This document shows, piece after piece, positions 37,832-45,890 of a DNA stretch of 64,000 nucleotides. Origin of the DNA: Nitrosarchaeum sp. Its GTDB lineage: Archaea; Thermoproteota; Nitrososphaeria; Nitrososphaerales; Nitrosopumilaceae. The stretch's first letter is position 1; every line of letters begins with the position of its first letter. Location of the stretch: assembly GCA_035703205.1 (NCBI GenBank), contig DASSYQ010000057.1:25369-89368 (forward strand). Reading direction: 5' to 3'. The notes below the pieces were generated by a model. It was not told the DNA's origin. It made no database searches and was given only the letters and a program-made list of their open reading frames with translations. The translations under genes and the position numbers were made by a program.

Positions 37832-37973
37832 GATATATTACAAATCAAATTTCTATAAAAACAGACGTATAATTTTCATTGATGAATACAAATGAACAAT
37901 TCATCATTTTATCAGGGATCTCATATATGGAAATCATGCTATTTTTTATATTTGGAGAATTAAACTGGAAAAT

Positions 37974-38396
37974 ATGGCAAAATTCAACAAAATCCTTGTT
38001 CCACTAGATGGATCTAATAACTCCATTAGAGGATTAGATCGAGCAATTGAGATTGCAAAAGGTAGTGGAGCTGAAATTACTGGATTTTATGTATTTCATT
38101 TGCCACTAGCTGCAGGAATAAAATATACACAAAAAATGAAAGATGATGCACAAGCAAAGGCTATCAAAGCAATTGGACCGGCAATGAAACGGGCTCAAAA
38201 TGCAGGAGCACTATTCAAGTATAAAACCGGAGGTGGTCATACTGGTTCTGAAATTGTCAAATTTGCAGAGAAAGGAAAGTATGACATGATTGTTATTGGT
38301 GCTAGAGGAGTAGGTGGTGCTAAAGAAGCATTTCTAGGAAGTACCTCTAATTATGTAATGCATAAAGCAAAGATTCCTGTTTTAGTGGTAAAATAA
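37974..38396 (+). CDS. Universal stress protein (UspA family)
   Basis: ILVPLDGS start, DMIVIGARG, GSTSNYVMHKAKIPVLVV. Confidence 0.88.
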   Translation: MAKFNKILVPLDGSNNSIRGLDRAIEIAKGSGAEITGFYVFHLPLAAGIKYTQKMKDDAQAKAIKAIGPAMKRAQNAGALFKYKTGGGHTGSEIVKFAEKGKYDMIVIGARGVGGAKEAFLGSTSNYVMHKAKIPVLVVK

Positions 38397-38401
38397 TAAT
38401 C

Positions 38402-38420
38402 TGGGGTTTCCCCATTTTTT
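38402..38420 (+). terminator. Hairpin plus T-run downstream of usp
   Basis: TGGGG-TTT-CCCCA followed by TTTTTT, 6 nt after the usp stop. Oligo-T is the usual archaeal termination signal. Confidence 0.5.
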
Positions 38421-38491
38421 CTTAAAACCTAATTTACGTTTTAGATAATTGTATATTTATCAGAATGACATAAAATAACTGATGTTACATC

Positions 38492-38962
38492 TTGAATGAT
38501 AAGACATTTGTGATTATTGGATTAATTGTGGCAGTTATTGCATTAACATCAATTATTGTAATAGTGGGACAAGGAAATGTAAGACACGTACAAATTTTTT
38601 GGCCCGAAAAAGTTGAACAAACAGTTGCCTTTTTAGATATTAATGGTGAAGTAAAATTAGTAGGTATTTCTGGTACTGCTGAAAAAAACAATCCTACATT
38701 AATCATGAGAACTAGTTTTGCTTATGTCTTAACTGTTGAAAATCGTGGTAATCAACATCATAGATTATACATTGATGGCTTTGATGTACAAACTGATCTT
38801 TTAGAACCTGGACAAAAAGACACTATTACAATTTATCCTGATAAAGAGGGAATTTACAATTATTATGATAAAAGACAAATTCTTACACCTCTAGGACAAT
38901 TGAAATCTGTTCAAGTAACACCATCTGACAGTTTTACTGGATTTTTTAAAGATCTAATATAG
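38492..38962 (+). CDS. Membrane-anchored cupredoxin-like protein without a type-1 Cu Cys
   Basis: N-terminal TM helix, then a beta-sandwich pattern VENRGNQHHRLYIDGFDVQTDLLEPGQKDTITIYPDKEGIYNYYD. No Cys/His/Met triad follows the GxY segment. Confidence 0.45.
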   Translation: MNDKTFVIIGLIVAVIALTSIIVIVGQGNVRHVQIFWPEKVEQTVAFLDINGEVKLVGISGTAEKNNPTLIMRTSFAYVLTVENRGNQHHRLYIDGFDVQTDLLEPGQKDTITIYPDKEGIYNYYDKRQILTPLGQLKSVQVTPSDSFTGFFKDLI

Positions 38963-39051
38963 AATCTATTAGAAAGCATCCTTGATATTTTGTATCATGA
39001 CAAACTAAATGTATAAAAAATATGAAAAGAGTAACAAAAAACTGAGAAAAT

Positions 39052-40206
39052 ATGGTAGAAAGTAATTATGACATATTGGGAATAATTGAAGGTTCAACTG
39101 AGAAAGAAATTCGTGATGCATTTAGACGATTAGCGCTTAGATACCATTCTGATAGAGGAGGAGAAAATGTTCAATTCATTAAAATCAAACAAGCATACGA
39201 AGATCTCAAAATCGGTAAAAAATATCCTGAAACAGATTTGGAAAAAATTAGAAACGCTAGAGTTTATTCAGGTGATTCAGAAGAAAATATCCGTCGAAAA
39301 AATCGAATTTTAGGTCAAGAATTATCCAAAGAAATGAAAATAGCTGAAGAATGGGCAGCAGATTTGATTAGAACAAATTCAACTGGCACTAGACTATTTG
39401 GCTCAAAAACTCTTGGAGAAATTGAACTTGAAAGAAAAGCTAATGGTATACTTTCAATTAAAGGAAATTTCATGGCAGGCAATCTAACTTATGACGGTTC
39501 TATTATAATGCAAGGAAATATTACAAGTCCATCTTGGACTGAAGAATTTAGAACAAAAATTCATCTCACTAAAGGTGATTTCAAATTCATTAATCCACTT
39601 GAAAATAAATATAAAATTGAAAATGGAGCTAAACTAATTGTAGATAATGGTAATGTTGTAGTTGGAAATGTTTTTGGTCGAAAATATAGAATTGAAGATC
39701 CAGAAGGAAGAGTAGGAATTTATGAAACTCGAGAACAACGAACTCATATATCAGCACCAAAAGGAAAAATAATTGCTGAAAATATTGTAAATACAGTTTC
39801 TCTCGATGCAGATTCTATCATGGTTCTTAATTTAGAAGACGATATTCAAATTAATGCACGAGAAATTTTATTGTATGGAAGTAAAATTACATATGATACT
39901 ATAATTAAGTTAAAAAAAGGAGGTATCATAAGATTTTTTGAAAATTTTTCAATTCAAAGTCTTAGTAACGATGCAATCATTAAACTTGAGAATGGTAAAG
40001 AAATTAGATTATTTGATATAAAAACTAAAAAAATTAAAGATTTAGCAGATGAATTTGTGCCTAACAAAAATGAGTATGATAAAGATACTACAATGGTAGG
40101 TAACGGATTTACAATTACATATGAAATGTTAGATAATTTATCAAAAAAACCAACAAAGAATCAGAACTTTGGTTGGGCTTCTAAATTTAGATTATATAAA
40201 AAATAA
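39052..40206 (+). CDS. J-domain protein (HSD variant) with a C-terminal beta-helical repeat region
   Basis: J-domain YDILGI...EIRDAFRRLALRYHSDRGG...IKQAYEDL. The remaining ~280 aa carry short G/N-rich beta repeats (KGNFMAGNLTYDGSIIMQGNI, IVDNGNVVVGNVFG). Confidence 0.7.
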   Translation: MVESNYDILGIIEGSTEKEIRDAFRRLALRYHSDRGGENVQFIKIKQAYEDLKIGKKYPETDLEKIRNARVYSGDSEENIRRKNRILGQELSKEMKIAEEWAADLIRTNSTGTRLFGSKTLGEIELERKANGILSIKGNFMAGNLTYDGSIIMQGNITSPSWTEEFRTKIHLTKGDFKFINPLENKYKIENGAKLIVDNGNVVVGNVFGRKYRIEDPEGRVGIYETREQRTHISAPKGKIIAENIVNTVSLDADSIMVLNLEDDIQINAREILLYGSKITYDTIIKLKKGGIIRFFENFSIQSLSNDAIIKLENGKEIRLFDIKTKKIKDLADEFVPNKNEYDKDTTMVGNGFTITYEMLDNLSKKPTKNQNFGWASKFRLYKK

Positions 40207-40363
40207 GTTAAAAATTTCAAATTTCTAATAATTTGTTCAACAGAATTTTTTTAAGAATTGGTCCATAATGGCATCTACTTTGATACATCAACCATAAAAT
40301 AGGTATTATGGTCGTGAAATCCTCGAAGAATTGATATTCATATAAAATTAACAAGGAATTGAA

Positions 40364-42127
40364 TTGCAAATTTCATTTAGTATAGATAAAAAACTGATAC
40401 TTTTAGTAATCATGGTATCTATAATTACACTTTTAATTACAGCGTATTTGAGTTTTAACTACGCTGAACAAATTCTAATAGAAAGAGCTAATAATCTATT
40501 ACTTGGCGAATCCACATCACGTGGTAATTCCGTTAGGCTTCTTTTTGAATCCAGAATTGAACAAAATCAAATTTTAGCAAATGATCCAATGATAAAAATT
40601 CTTGTTACTGAATTAAATGAAATACCTGAAAATGAATTTGATAAAGCAAGAGAAAGTAAACGTAGGGATTTCCTTACTCAAATTCAAGCATTTCAAACAC
40701 TAGTTGGATTTTCAATTGGGTTAGAAGATGTAAAAGTTATTGGAGCAAATGGAAAAGTTTTCTTTTCACTTGGTAAATCATCTGATAGTAACTTCTCTCA
40801 TGATCCATTATTTCAAAAAGGACTACAAAAATCAATTATAGATTTTGAGCCATCTAGTACTGGCAAAAAAATGATTGTAGTTTCCCCAATTTTTGCTCAA
40901 GACGATAAAAAAAATGATGATCCAATAGGAGTAGTTATATCAAGAATGAGAACTGAATCACTAGACAATATCTTAATTGATCGAAGTGGTTTGGGAGAAA
41001 CAGGCGAAGTTTATATCGTAAATGATGGATTTTTGATGTTATCAGAATCCAGATTCATAGATAATGCTGTCTTCAAACAAAAAGTTGATACTATTGCAGT
41101 TCAAAAATGTTTTAGAGAAGGAGAAGAATTTACAGGATTTTACCCAGATTACAGAAATATCAACATTTATGGTTCTTCATATTGTGCTAATGATTTAGGA
41201 TTCATTTTACTTGCAGAAATTGATGAATCAGAAACAATTCGACCAATTTTAGTACTTCAAAATAGAATGTTTCAAACAGGTCTAATCATTACAGCTGTAA
41301 TGATAGTTATTGCATTTATAATTGCAAAATCTATGTCCAGACCTTTAATAAAATTAAAAAATGCTGCAAATCAAGTTGCAAATGGAGATTTTCATGTCAG
41401 AACTAATATTTCAACAAAGGATGAAATCGGTGAATTATCTTATGCATTTGACTCCATGACTGAAAAACTTCAAAAATCATTAATTGAAATTAAAGAAAAA
41501 GAAGATGTTATAAAACAACAAGAAGATATTTTATTACAATTTTCTGATTATAGCGAAAAATATTGCGTATGTATGGTAGATATTATGAATTCAACCAAAA
41601 TCACTTCCAAATTATCTGAATCAGAAACCAGTGAATTTTATAAAATTTTTCTTAACTCCATTGCTGTAATTGTAAGAAATTATGATGGAATAGTAGTAAA
41701 AAATATCGGCGATGCATTATTATTTTATTTTCCAGTTATATACTCTGAAGAAGAATCTACATTAAAAAAATGTCTTGATTGTTGTTTAACTTTAAGTGAA
41801 TCACATGATGACATTGTAAAAAAATTAGAAAAACAAAAACTACCTGTTTTTGATTATAGAATTAGTTCTACATACGGCATTGTTAGAATAGCAAAAACAT
41901 CAACATCATCTGTTAATGATATTTTTGGAAATACTGTAAATCGATGTGCCAAGATAAATAGAATTGCACCTGCAAATAGATTGATTATTGGTGAAGAATT
42001 CTATGATAGTGCCAAAAATTTTGATGATTATATATTTAAAAAAATAAAGAGTGATGTTACATCTCCAGATGCTGGTTATATCGGATATCTTGTTTCGAGA
42101 AAGATGGATGATAATATCAAAAATTGA
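40364..42127 (+). CDS. Membrane sensor: Cache-like ectodomain, HAMP, then a class III adenylate/guanylate cyclase domain
   Basis: TM1, a ~270-aa periplasmic-type domain, then TM2. The HAMP region is RPLIKLKNAANQVANGDFHV...DEIGELSYAFDSM. The cyclase motifs are CMVDIMNSTKI and VVKNIGDALLFYF. TTG start. Confidence 0.7.
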   Translation: MQISFSIDKKLILLVIMVSIITLLITAYLSFNYAEQILIERANNLLLGESTSRGNSVRLLFESRIEQNQILANDPMIKILVTELNEIPENEFDKARESKRRDFLTQIQAFQTLVGFSIGLEDVKVIGANGKVFFSLGKSSDSNFSHDPLFQKGLQKSIIDFEPSSTGKKMIVVSPIFAQDDKKNDDPIGVVISRMRTESLDNILIDRSGLGETGEVYIVNDGFLMLSESRFIDNAVFKQKVDTIAVQKCFREGEEFTGFYPDYRNINIYGSSYCANDLGFILLAEIDESETIRPILVLQNRMFQTGLIITAVMIVIAFIIAKSMSRPLIKLKNAANQVANGDFHVRTNISTKDEIGELSYAFDSMTEKLQKSLIEIKEKEDVIKQQEDILLQFSDYSEKYCVCMVDIMNSTKITSKLSESETSEFYKIFLNSIAVIVRNYDGIVVKNIGDALLFYFPVIYSEEESTLKKCLDCCLTLSESHDDIVKKLEKQKLPVFDYRISSTYGIVRIAKTSTSSVNDIFGNTVNRCAKINRIAPANRLIIGEEFYDSAKNFDDYIFKKIKSDVTSPDAGYIGYLVSRKMDDNIKN

Positions 42128-42140
42128 TTCTAGAATAATA

Positions 42141-42467
42141 TTAAATTAATTCAGCTGATTTTTCTTTTGTACTAATATCATATGATTCCTCTACATTTGA
42201 AACAAAAATTTTCCCATCGCCTTTTTCTCCTGTATGAGCTACATCCATAATAGCTGAAACAACAGAACTTACAATTGAATCCTGAACAACTGTAACTATT
42301 ACATCTGTTGAATTAAATTCAATTTGATGTCCTCCAATTTCAGGTCGTTCACCTGCTCCTTGACCCAAAGATTGAATCAATGTAACTCCACCTACACCAA
42401 CATCTCTTATTGCCTTTACAACTTGCTTTGAAACTTCACTTTGGACTATAGCTTCTATTCGTTTCAC
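42141..42467 (-). CDS. PII-family signal-transduction protein with an atypical T-loop
   Basis: MKRIEAIV..., a B-loop-like HTGEKGDGKIFV and a double ferredoxin-fold layout. The T-loop region GQGAGERPEIGGHQIEF lacks the canonical GlnB sequence. Confidence 0.75.
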   Translation of the reverse strand: MKRIEAIVQSEVSKQVVKAIRDVGVGGVTLIQSLGQGAGERPEIGGHQIEFNSTDVIVTVVQDSIVSSVVSAIMDVAHTGEKGDGKIFVSNVEESYDISTKEKSAELI

Positions 42468-42691
42468 GGTTAATTGTGTCTTCTAGCGATTTAAAAAGAT
42501 ACTTTAGATTATCATACAATTTTAATTCAAATAGTCATCACATATTATAATTAAATTCCAACTTATGGAGTTAGTATCTTTTTACATGTCCTTTTTAAAA
42601 AAATAAAGACTGATCATTCAAACACAATAATTTGTTCAGCAAATTATTAAAATTTAAAATAATAAAAAGAAATTAAAAATGATGACCTAAT

Positions 42692-42991
42692 CTAATCGAT
42701 TAATTCGGTCCAACCTTTGACGAAGACTGAGTTCTTGTAGAGTGGAACTGGTTGTCCAACGGTAAAGTCCATTGGTCTCATCCAAAAGATTGCCTTTGTT
42801 GGGCAAACACCGATGCATGCTCCATCAGAGATACATCTTTCTGGGTAGAAGACAAATGCCTTTCCTCTCTTCCAGCCTTCAACTGGTTTTACTCTAAGTA
42901 CATCTGGTCCTAATGTTGTACAGATTTCTACACATAGTGCGCATCCGATACACATTTGTTCGCTGATGTCTGGAATAATTCCTACTGGCAT
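42692..42991 (-). CDS. 2x[4Fe-4S] ferredoxin
   Basis: CIGCALCVEIC and CISDGACIGVCP cluster motifs. It is visibly more G/C-rich than its neighbours. Confidence 0.85.
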   Translation of the reverse strand: MPVGIIPDISEQMCIGCALCVEICTTLGPDVLRVKPVEGWKRGKAFVFYPERCISDGACIGVCPTKAIFWMRPMDFTVGQPVPLYKNSVFVKGWTELID

Positions 42992-43046
42992 AACGAAATT
43001 TTCTTGTCTTTTGATCTTAATATAATTTGCCCAAAAAATATGAATT

Positions 43047-43086
43047 ATAACGGCGTTTCAAATTTTATAACACCGTTTAAAATTTT
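43047..43086. repeat. Tandem 20-bp imperfect repeat upstream of the ferredoxin gene
   Basis: ATAACGGCGTTTCAAATTTT (43047-43066) is immediately followed by ATAACACCGTTTAAAATTTT (43067-43086). 17 of 20 positions are identical. Confidence 0.6.
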
Positions 43087-43106
43087 GATCGCTTTTTCAA
43101 AACACA

Positions 43107-43730
43107 TCAAGAACAAGAATAATCGATTTTGAATATCTTTTCTGGAGTCCCAACCTGATTTAACGAATTAACCATCAAACTATTACCGATTCTTTTGAGA
43201 TGATATATTCCAGATTTTTTTGAATAAATAACATGTCTTCCACCTGGAGAAAGAATCCATTCACCCTTGTCATTTTTTCGTGCCATAGCAGTAATTATCA
43301 CTGAAGAACTACTCTCTCTTCCAATAGATGAAAGTAACATTAATGACGCATTAATGAATCTCCCAAATTCTTTATCATCAAATATGCTGTAAAAACCATT
43401 AAACGAATCAATCACAACTAAAAATTTTTCATTTGATATTTTTTTTGCTATGTCCGATATGATTTTTTTCCAATCAAAGTCACTTGGACGATAAATCTTT
43501 ACTTTATCATTTTTCTTAATCATTTCTGAAACAACATAACCACTATAAAGTAAATCAAAATCTAAAAAAATTACTCGATAATTAATAGAATTAATTAACT
43601 CATTTAGAAATTCAGCTTTAAGAAAAGGTTCAGAACATAAAATTATGTTTGGATTTTTGTTTGAAAACTCGTCTATTACATATGTTAAATCATTATCTAA
43701 TATCTGTTCAGGATTTTTATCCAACACCAC
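43107..43730 (-). CDS. RecA/KaiC-fold protein lacking a Walker A P-loop
   Basis: Walker-B-like FLVVIDSFNGF and the downstream beta-strand layout (SSSVIITAMARK) fit a RecA-superfamily core. Where GxxGxGKT is expected, the sequence reads NIILCSEPFLKAEF. Confidence 0.4.
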   Translation of the reverse strand: MVLDKNPEQILDNDLTYVIDEFSNKNPNIILCSEPFLKAEFLNELINSINYRVIFLDFDLLYSGYVVSEMIKKNDKVKIYRPSDFDWKKIISDIAKKISNEKFLVVIDSFNGFYSIFDDKEFGRFINASLMLLSSIGRESSSSVIITAMARKNDKGEWILSPGGRHVIYSKKSGIYHLKRIGNSLMVNSLNQVGTPEKIFKIDYSCS

Positions 43731-43753
43731 TTTAGTATCTAACAGATATAATA

Positions 43754-44905
43754 ATGAATTTGGTTTTGAAAGATATCTCTGGAGATTTTCCTAATTCTGG
43801 TAAAATTTATCTAAATAACGCTTCTGTTTCTTTAATGCCTTCACAAAGCATTGAAGCAATGAAAGATTTTCTAATTTCATATAACTCCCTAGGCCCTGAT
43901 TCAATAAACTCTGAACCATTTATTACTGAAAAACTACGAAATGTTAGAAAAATTATTGCAAAAATTATCAACTGTCAACCAGAAGAAGTCATCCTAACTC
44001 AAAGTACCACTGATGGAATAAACATAGTGGCAAATGGTATCTCATTTGAACAAAATTCCAATATCATAATTCGTGGGTTATCGCATGAACATCACGCAAA
44101 TTTCTACCCATGGCTTAGATTGCAAAATAAAACCAAAATCAAAAGTCTATCTATAGATAAAAATGGATTTTTTGATTTTAATGAACTTAAATCACTTCTT
44201 GATAATAATACAAAATTAGTAGCTATTAGTCATGCATTATACAATACTGGCTCAATACTGCCAGTCGAAAAAATTGGAAATATGCTTGAAAATAACACTT
44301 TATTCTTCATTGATAGCGCACAAACAGTTGGATGTATAGGCAATTTTGATGTGACAAAGATCAAATGTAATTTTATGTCTTTTAACGGCTCTAAGTGGTT
44401 ATGTGGACCTATGGGAACAGGATTATTTTATTGCAACAAAAAATCGCATGAATTACTGGAACCTATGACCGTTGGAGGAGAATCTGTAATGATCTATAAC
44501 GACACAAATCTAGCGTTCAAAGATATTCCTGATAAATTTCAAACAGGATTTCGTAATTATGTTGGAATAGTAGGTTTGGAATCATCTGCAAACTATCTTC
44601 TTAAATTTGGTATGGAAAATATACGTAAAAAAAATCTCTATCTTTCAAATCTTTTAAGAGAAGAATTATCTAAAATAAAAAACATTGTTCTCTATGGACC
44701 AGAAAACCCTCAAGACAGAACAAGTATAGTTTCTTTCAATATTGATGGTCATGATCCACAAATAATTGTAAAAAAATTGGAAAAACAAAATATCGTACTA
44801 GCTGTTAGAGAAATTTTAGAACAAAAGATCATAAGGGCATCTCCTCATTTTTTTAATACTGAGTCTGAAATACTCCGAGTTATTGACGCAATAAAAAATC
44901 TATAG
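43754..44905 (+). CDS. Class V aminotransferase / cysteine desulfurase-like PLP enzyme
   Basis: YLNNASVSLMP, TDGIN, a HALYNTG-type segment, and the PLP-lysine context FMSFNGSKWLCGPMGTG. Confidence 0.7.
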   Translation: MNLVLKDISGDFPNSGKIYLNNASVSLMPSQSIEAMKDFLISYNSLGPDSINSEPFITEKLRNVRKIIAKIINCQPEEVILTQSTTDGINIVANGISFEQNSNIIIRGLSHEHHANFYPWLRLQNKTKIKSLSIDKNGFFDFNELKSLLDNNTKLVAISHALYNTGSILPVEKIGNMLENNTLFFIDSAQTVGCIGNFDVTKIKCNFMSFNGSKWLCGPMGTGLFYCNKKSHELLEPMTVGGESVMIYNDTNLAFKDIPDKFQTGFRNYVGIVGLESSANYLLKFGMENIRKKNLYLSNLLREELSKIKNIVLYGPENPQDRTSIVSFNIDGHDPQIIVKKLEKQNIVLAVREILEQKIIRASPHFFNTESEILRVIDAIKNL

Positions 44906-45172
44906 ATTTTCTTGTTCTTCTATTACCATCATTGTTAGAGTTGATTGTATTTTACCAATCTTTCTTACTTTGTTCGTGATAATTGTGCGTAGTTTTTCAG
45001 CATCTTTAGATGATAATTTTAAGACAATATCGTATACTCCATAAACTCCTTGAACTTCATAATTTACTTCTTCATTTGAAAGAATACGTTTGATATCTGC
45101 TATTATTGATTCATCAGATCCTAAATCTGAATTTAATAGAACATACGCTGTAGGCACATTGCAGATTTTCAT
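44900..45172 (-). CDS. Stand-alone Lrp/AsnC-type ligand-binding (RAM) domain protein
   Basis: 90 aa with a beta-alpha-beta-beta-alpha-beta pattern (AYVLLN..., VQGVYGVYDIVLKL). No HTH. Confidence 0.5.
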   Translation of the reverse strand: MKICNVPTAYVLLNSDLGSDESIIADIKRILSNEEVNYEVQGVYGVYDIVLKLSSKDAEKLRTIITNKVRKIGKIQSTLTMMVIEEQENL

Positions 45173-45236
45173 CAGACAGTATTTAACCTTTCATAGATCT
45201 CAAAAACTGATTAATCCCTCATCATAACTCGTTGAT

Positions 45237-45890
45237 ATGAAAATAATAGATCTCACATTAACAATATCTCAGTCTATACCTACTTTTCCTGGTTCACCAA
45301 AACCGCAATTCATTCTATGGTCATCTCTAAAAGAGGATGGGTATAACCTTGAATTGTTATTTCTTAGTTCTCATACTGGAACTCATCTTGATGCACCATA
45401 TCATTTTGTGCAAGATGGAGCAAAAATACACCAAATACCTCTTGATAGATTACTAGGAAATGGTATATTGATAAAAATAAAAAAAATGAAAAATCAAGCA
45501 ATTACCAAAAATGACTTAATTTCATTTGAAAGAAAAAATGGCAATATCCCAAAACACACATCAATAATCTTTCATACTCAATGGCAAAAATATCTGAATA
45601 ATGATTCTTATTTTATTGATAATCCCGGCCTTTCTGAATCAGCTGCCCGATATCTTGTATCAAAGGAGATTAACTTAGTTGGAATTGATTCACCTAGCAT
45701 AGATCTGGGAAAAGATAAAACCTTCAGTGTTCATAAAATATTTGCAAAAAATAATATCTTAATAGTTGAAAATCTATCAAATTTAAATAAAATATCTTCA
45801 AAACAATTTGAATTTATAATTTTACCATTAAAAATTAAAGATGCAACTGGTTCTCCCGTAAGGGCAATAGCTATTCAACGAACAAAATGA
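45237..45890 (+). CDS. Cyclase-family protein (kynurenine formamidase-like)
   Basis: The HTGTHLDAPYHF metal-binding motif and the fold length are typical of the putative-cyclase family. Confidence 0.75.
   Translation: MKIIDLTLTISQSIPTFPGSPKPQFILWSSLKEDGYNLELLFLSSHTGTHLDAPYHFVQDGAKIHQIPLDRLLGNGILIKIKKMKNQAITKNDLISFERKNGNIPKHTSIIFHTQWQKYLNNDSYFIDNPGLSESAARYLVSKEINLVGIDSPSIDLGKDKTFSVHKIFAKNNILIVENLSNLNKISSKQFEFIILPLKIKDATGSPVRAIAIQRTK

Noticed and set aside
42494-42582. 10-bp inverted repeat AAAAGATACT ... AGTATCTTTT, about 70 nt apart, in the gap between the PII-like and ferredoxin genes. It could be an ncRNA stem or a bidirectional terminator.
   Set aside because: The arms are A/T-rich with a long unstructured loop, no supporting secondary stems and no compositional (G/C) signature of a structured RNA. 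It is plausibly chance in this base composition.
42683-42740. ATGATGA ... CTGA strings that resembled C and D boxes of a C/D-box sRNA at the ferredoxin 3' end.
   Set aside because: The spacing does not fit: there is no D' box CTGA about 12 nt after box C, and only 3 nt lie between the C'-like TGACGA and CTGA. Most of it lies inside the ferredoxin CDS.
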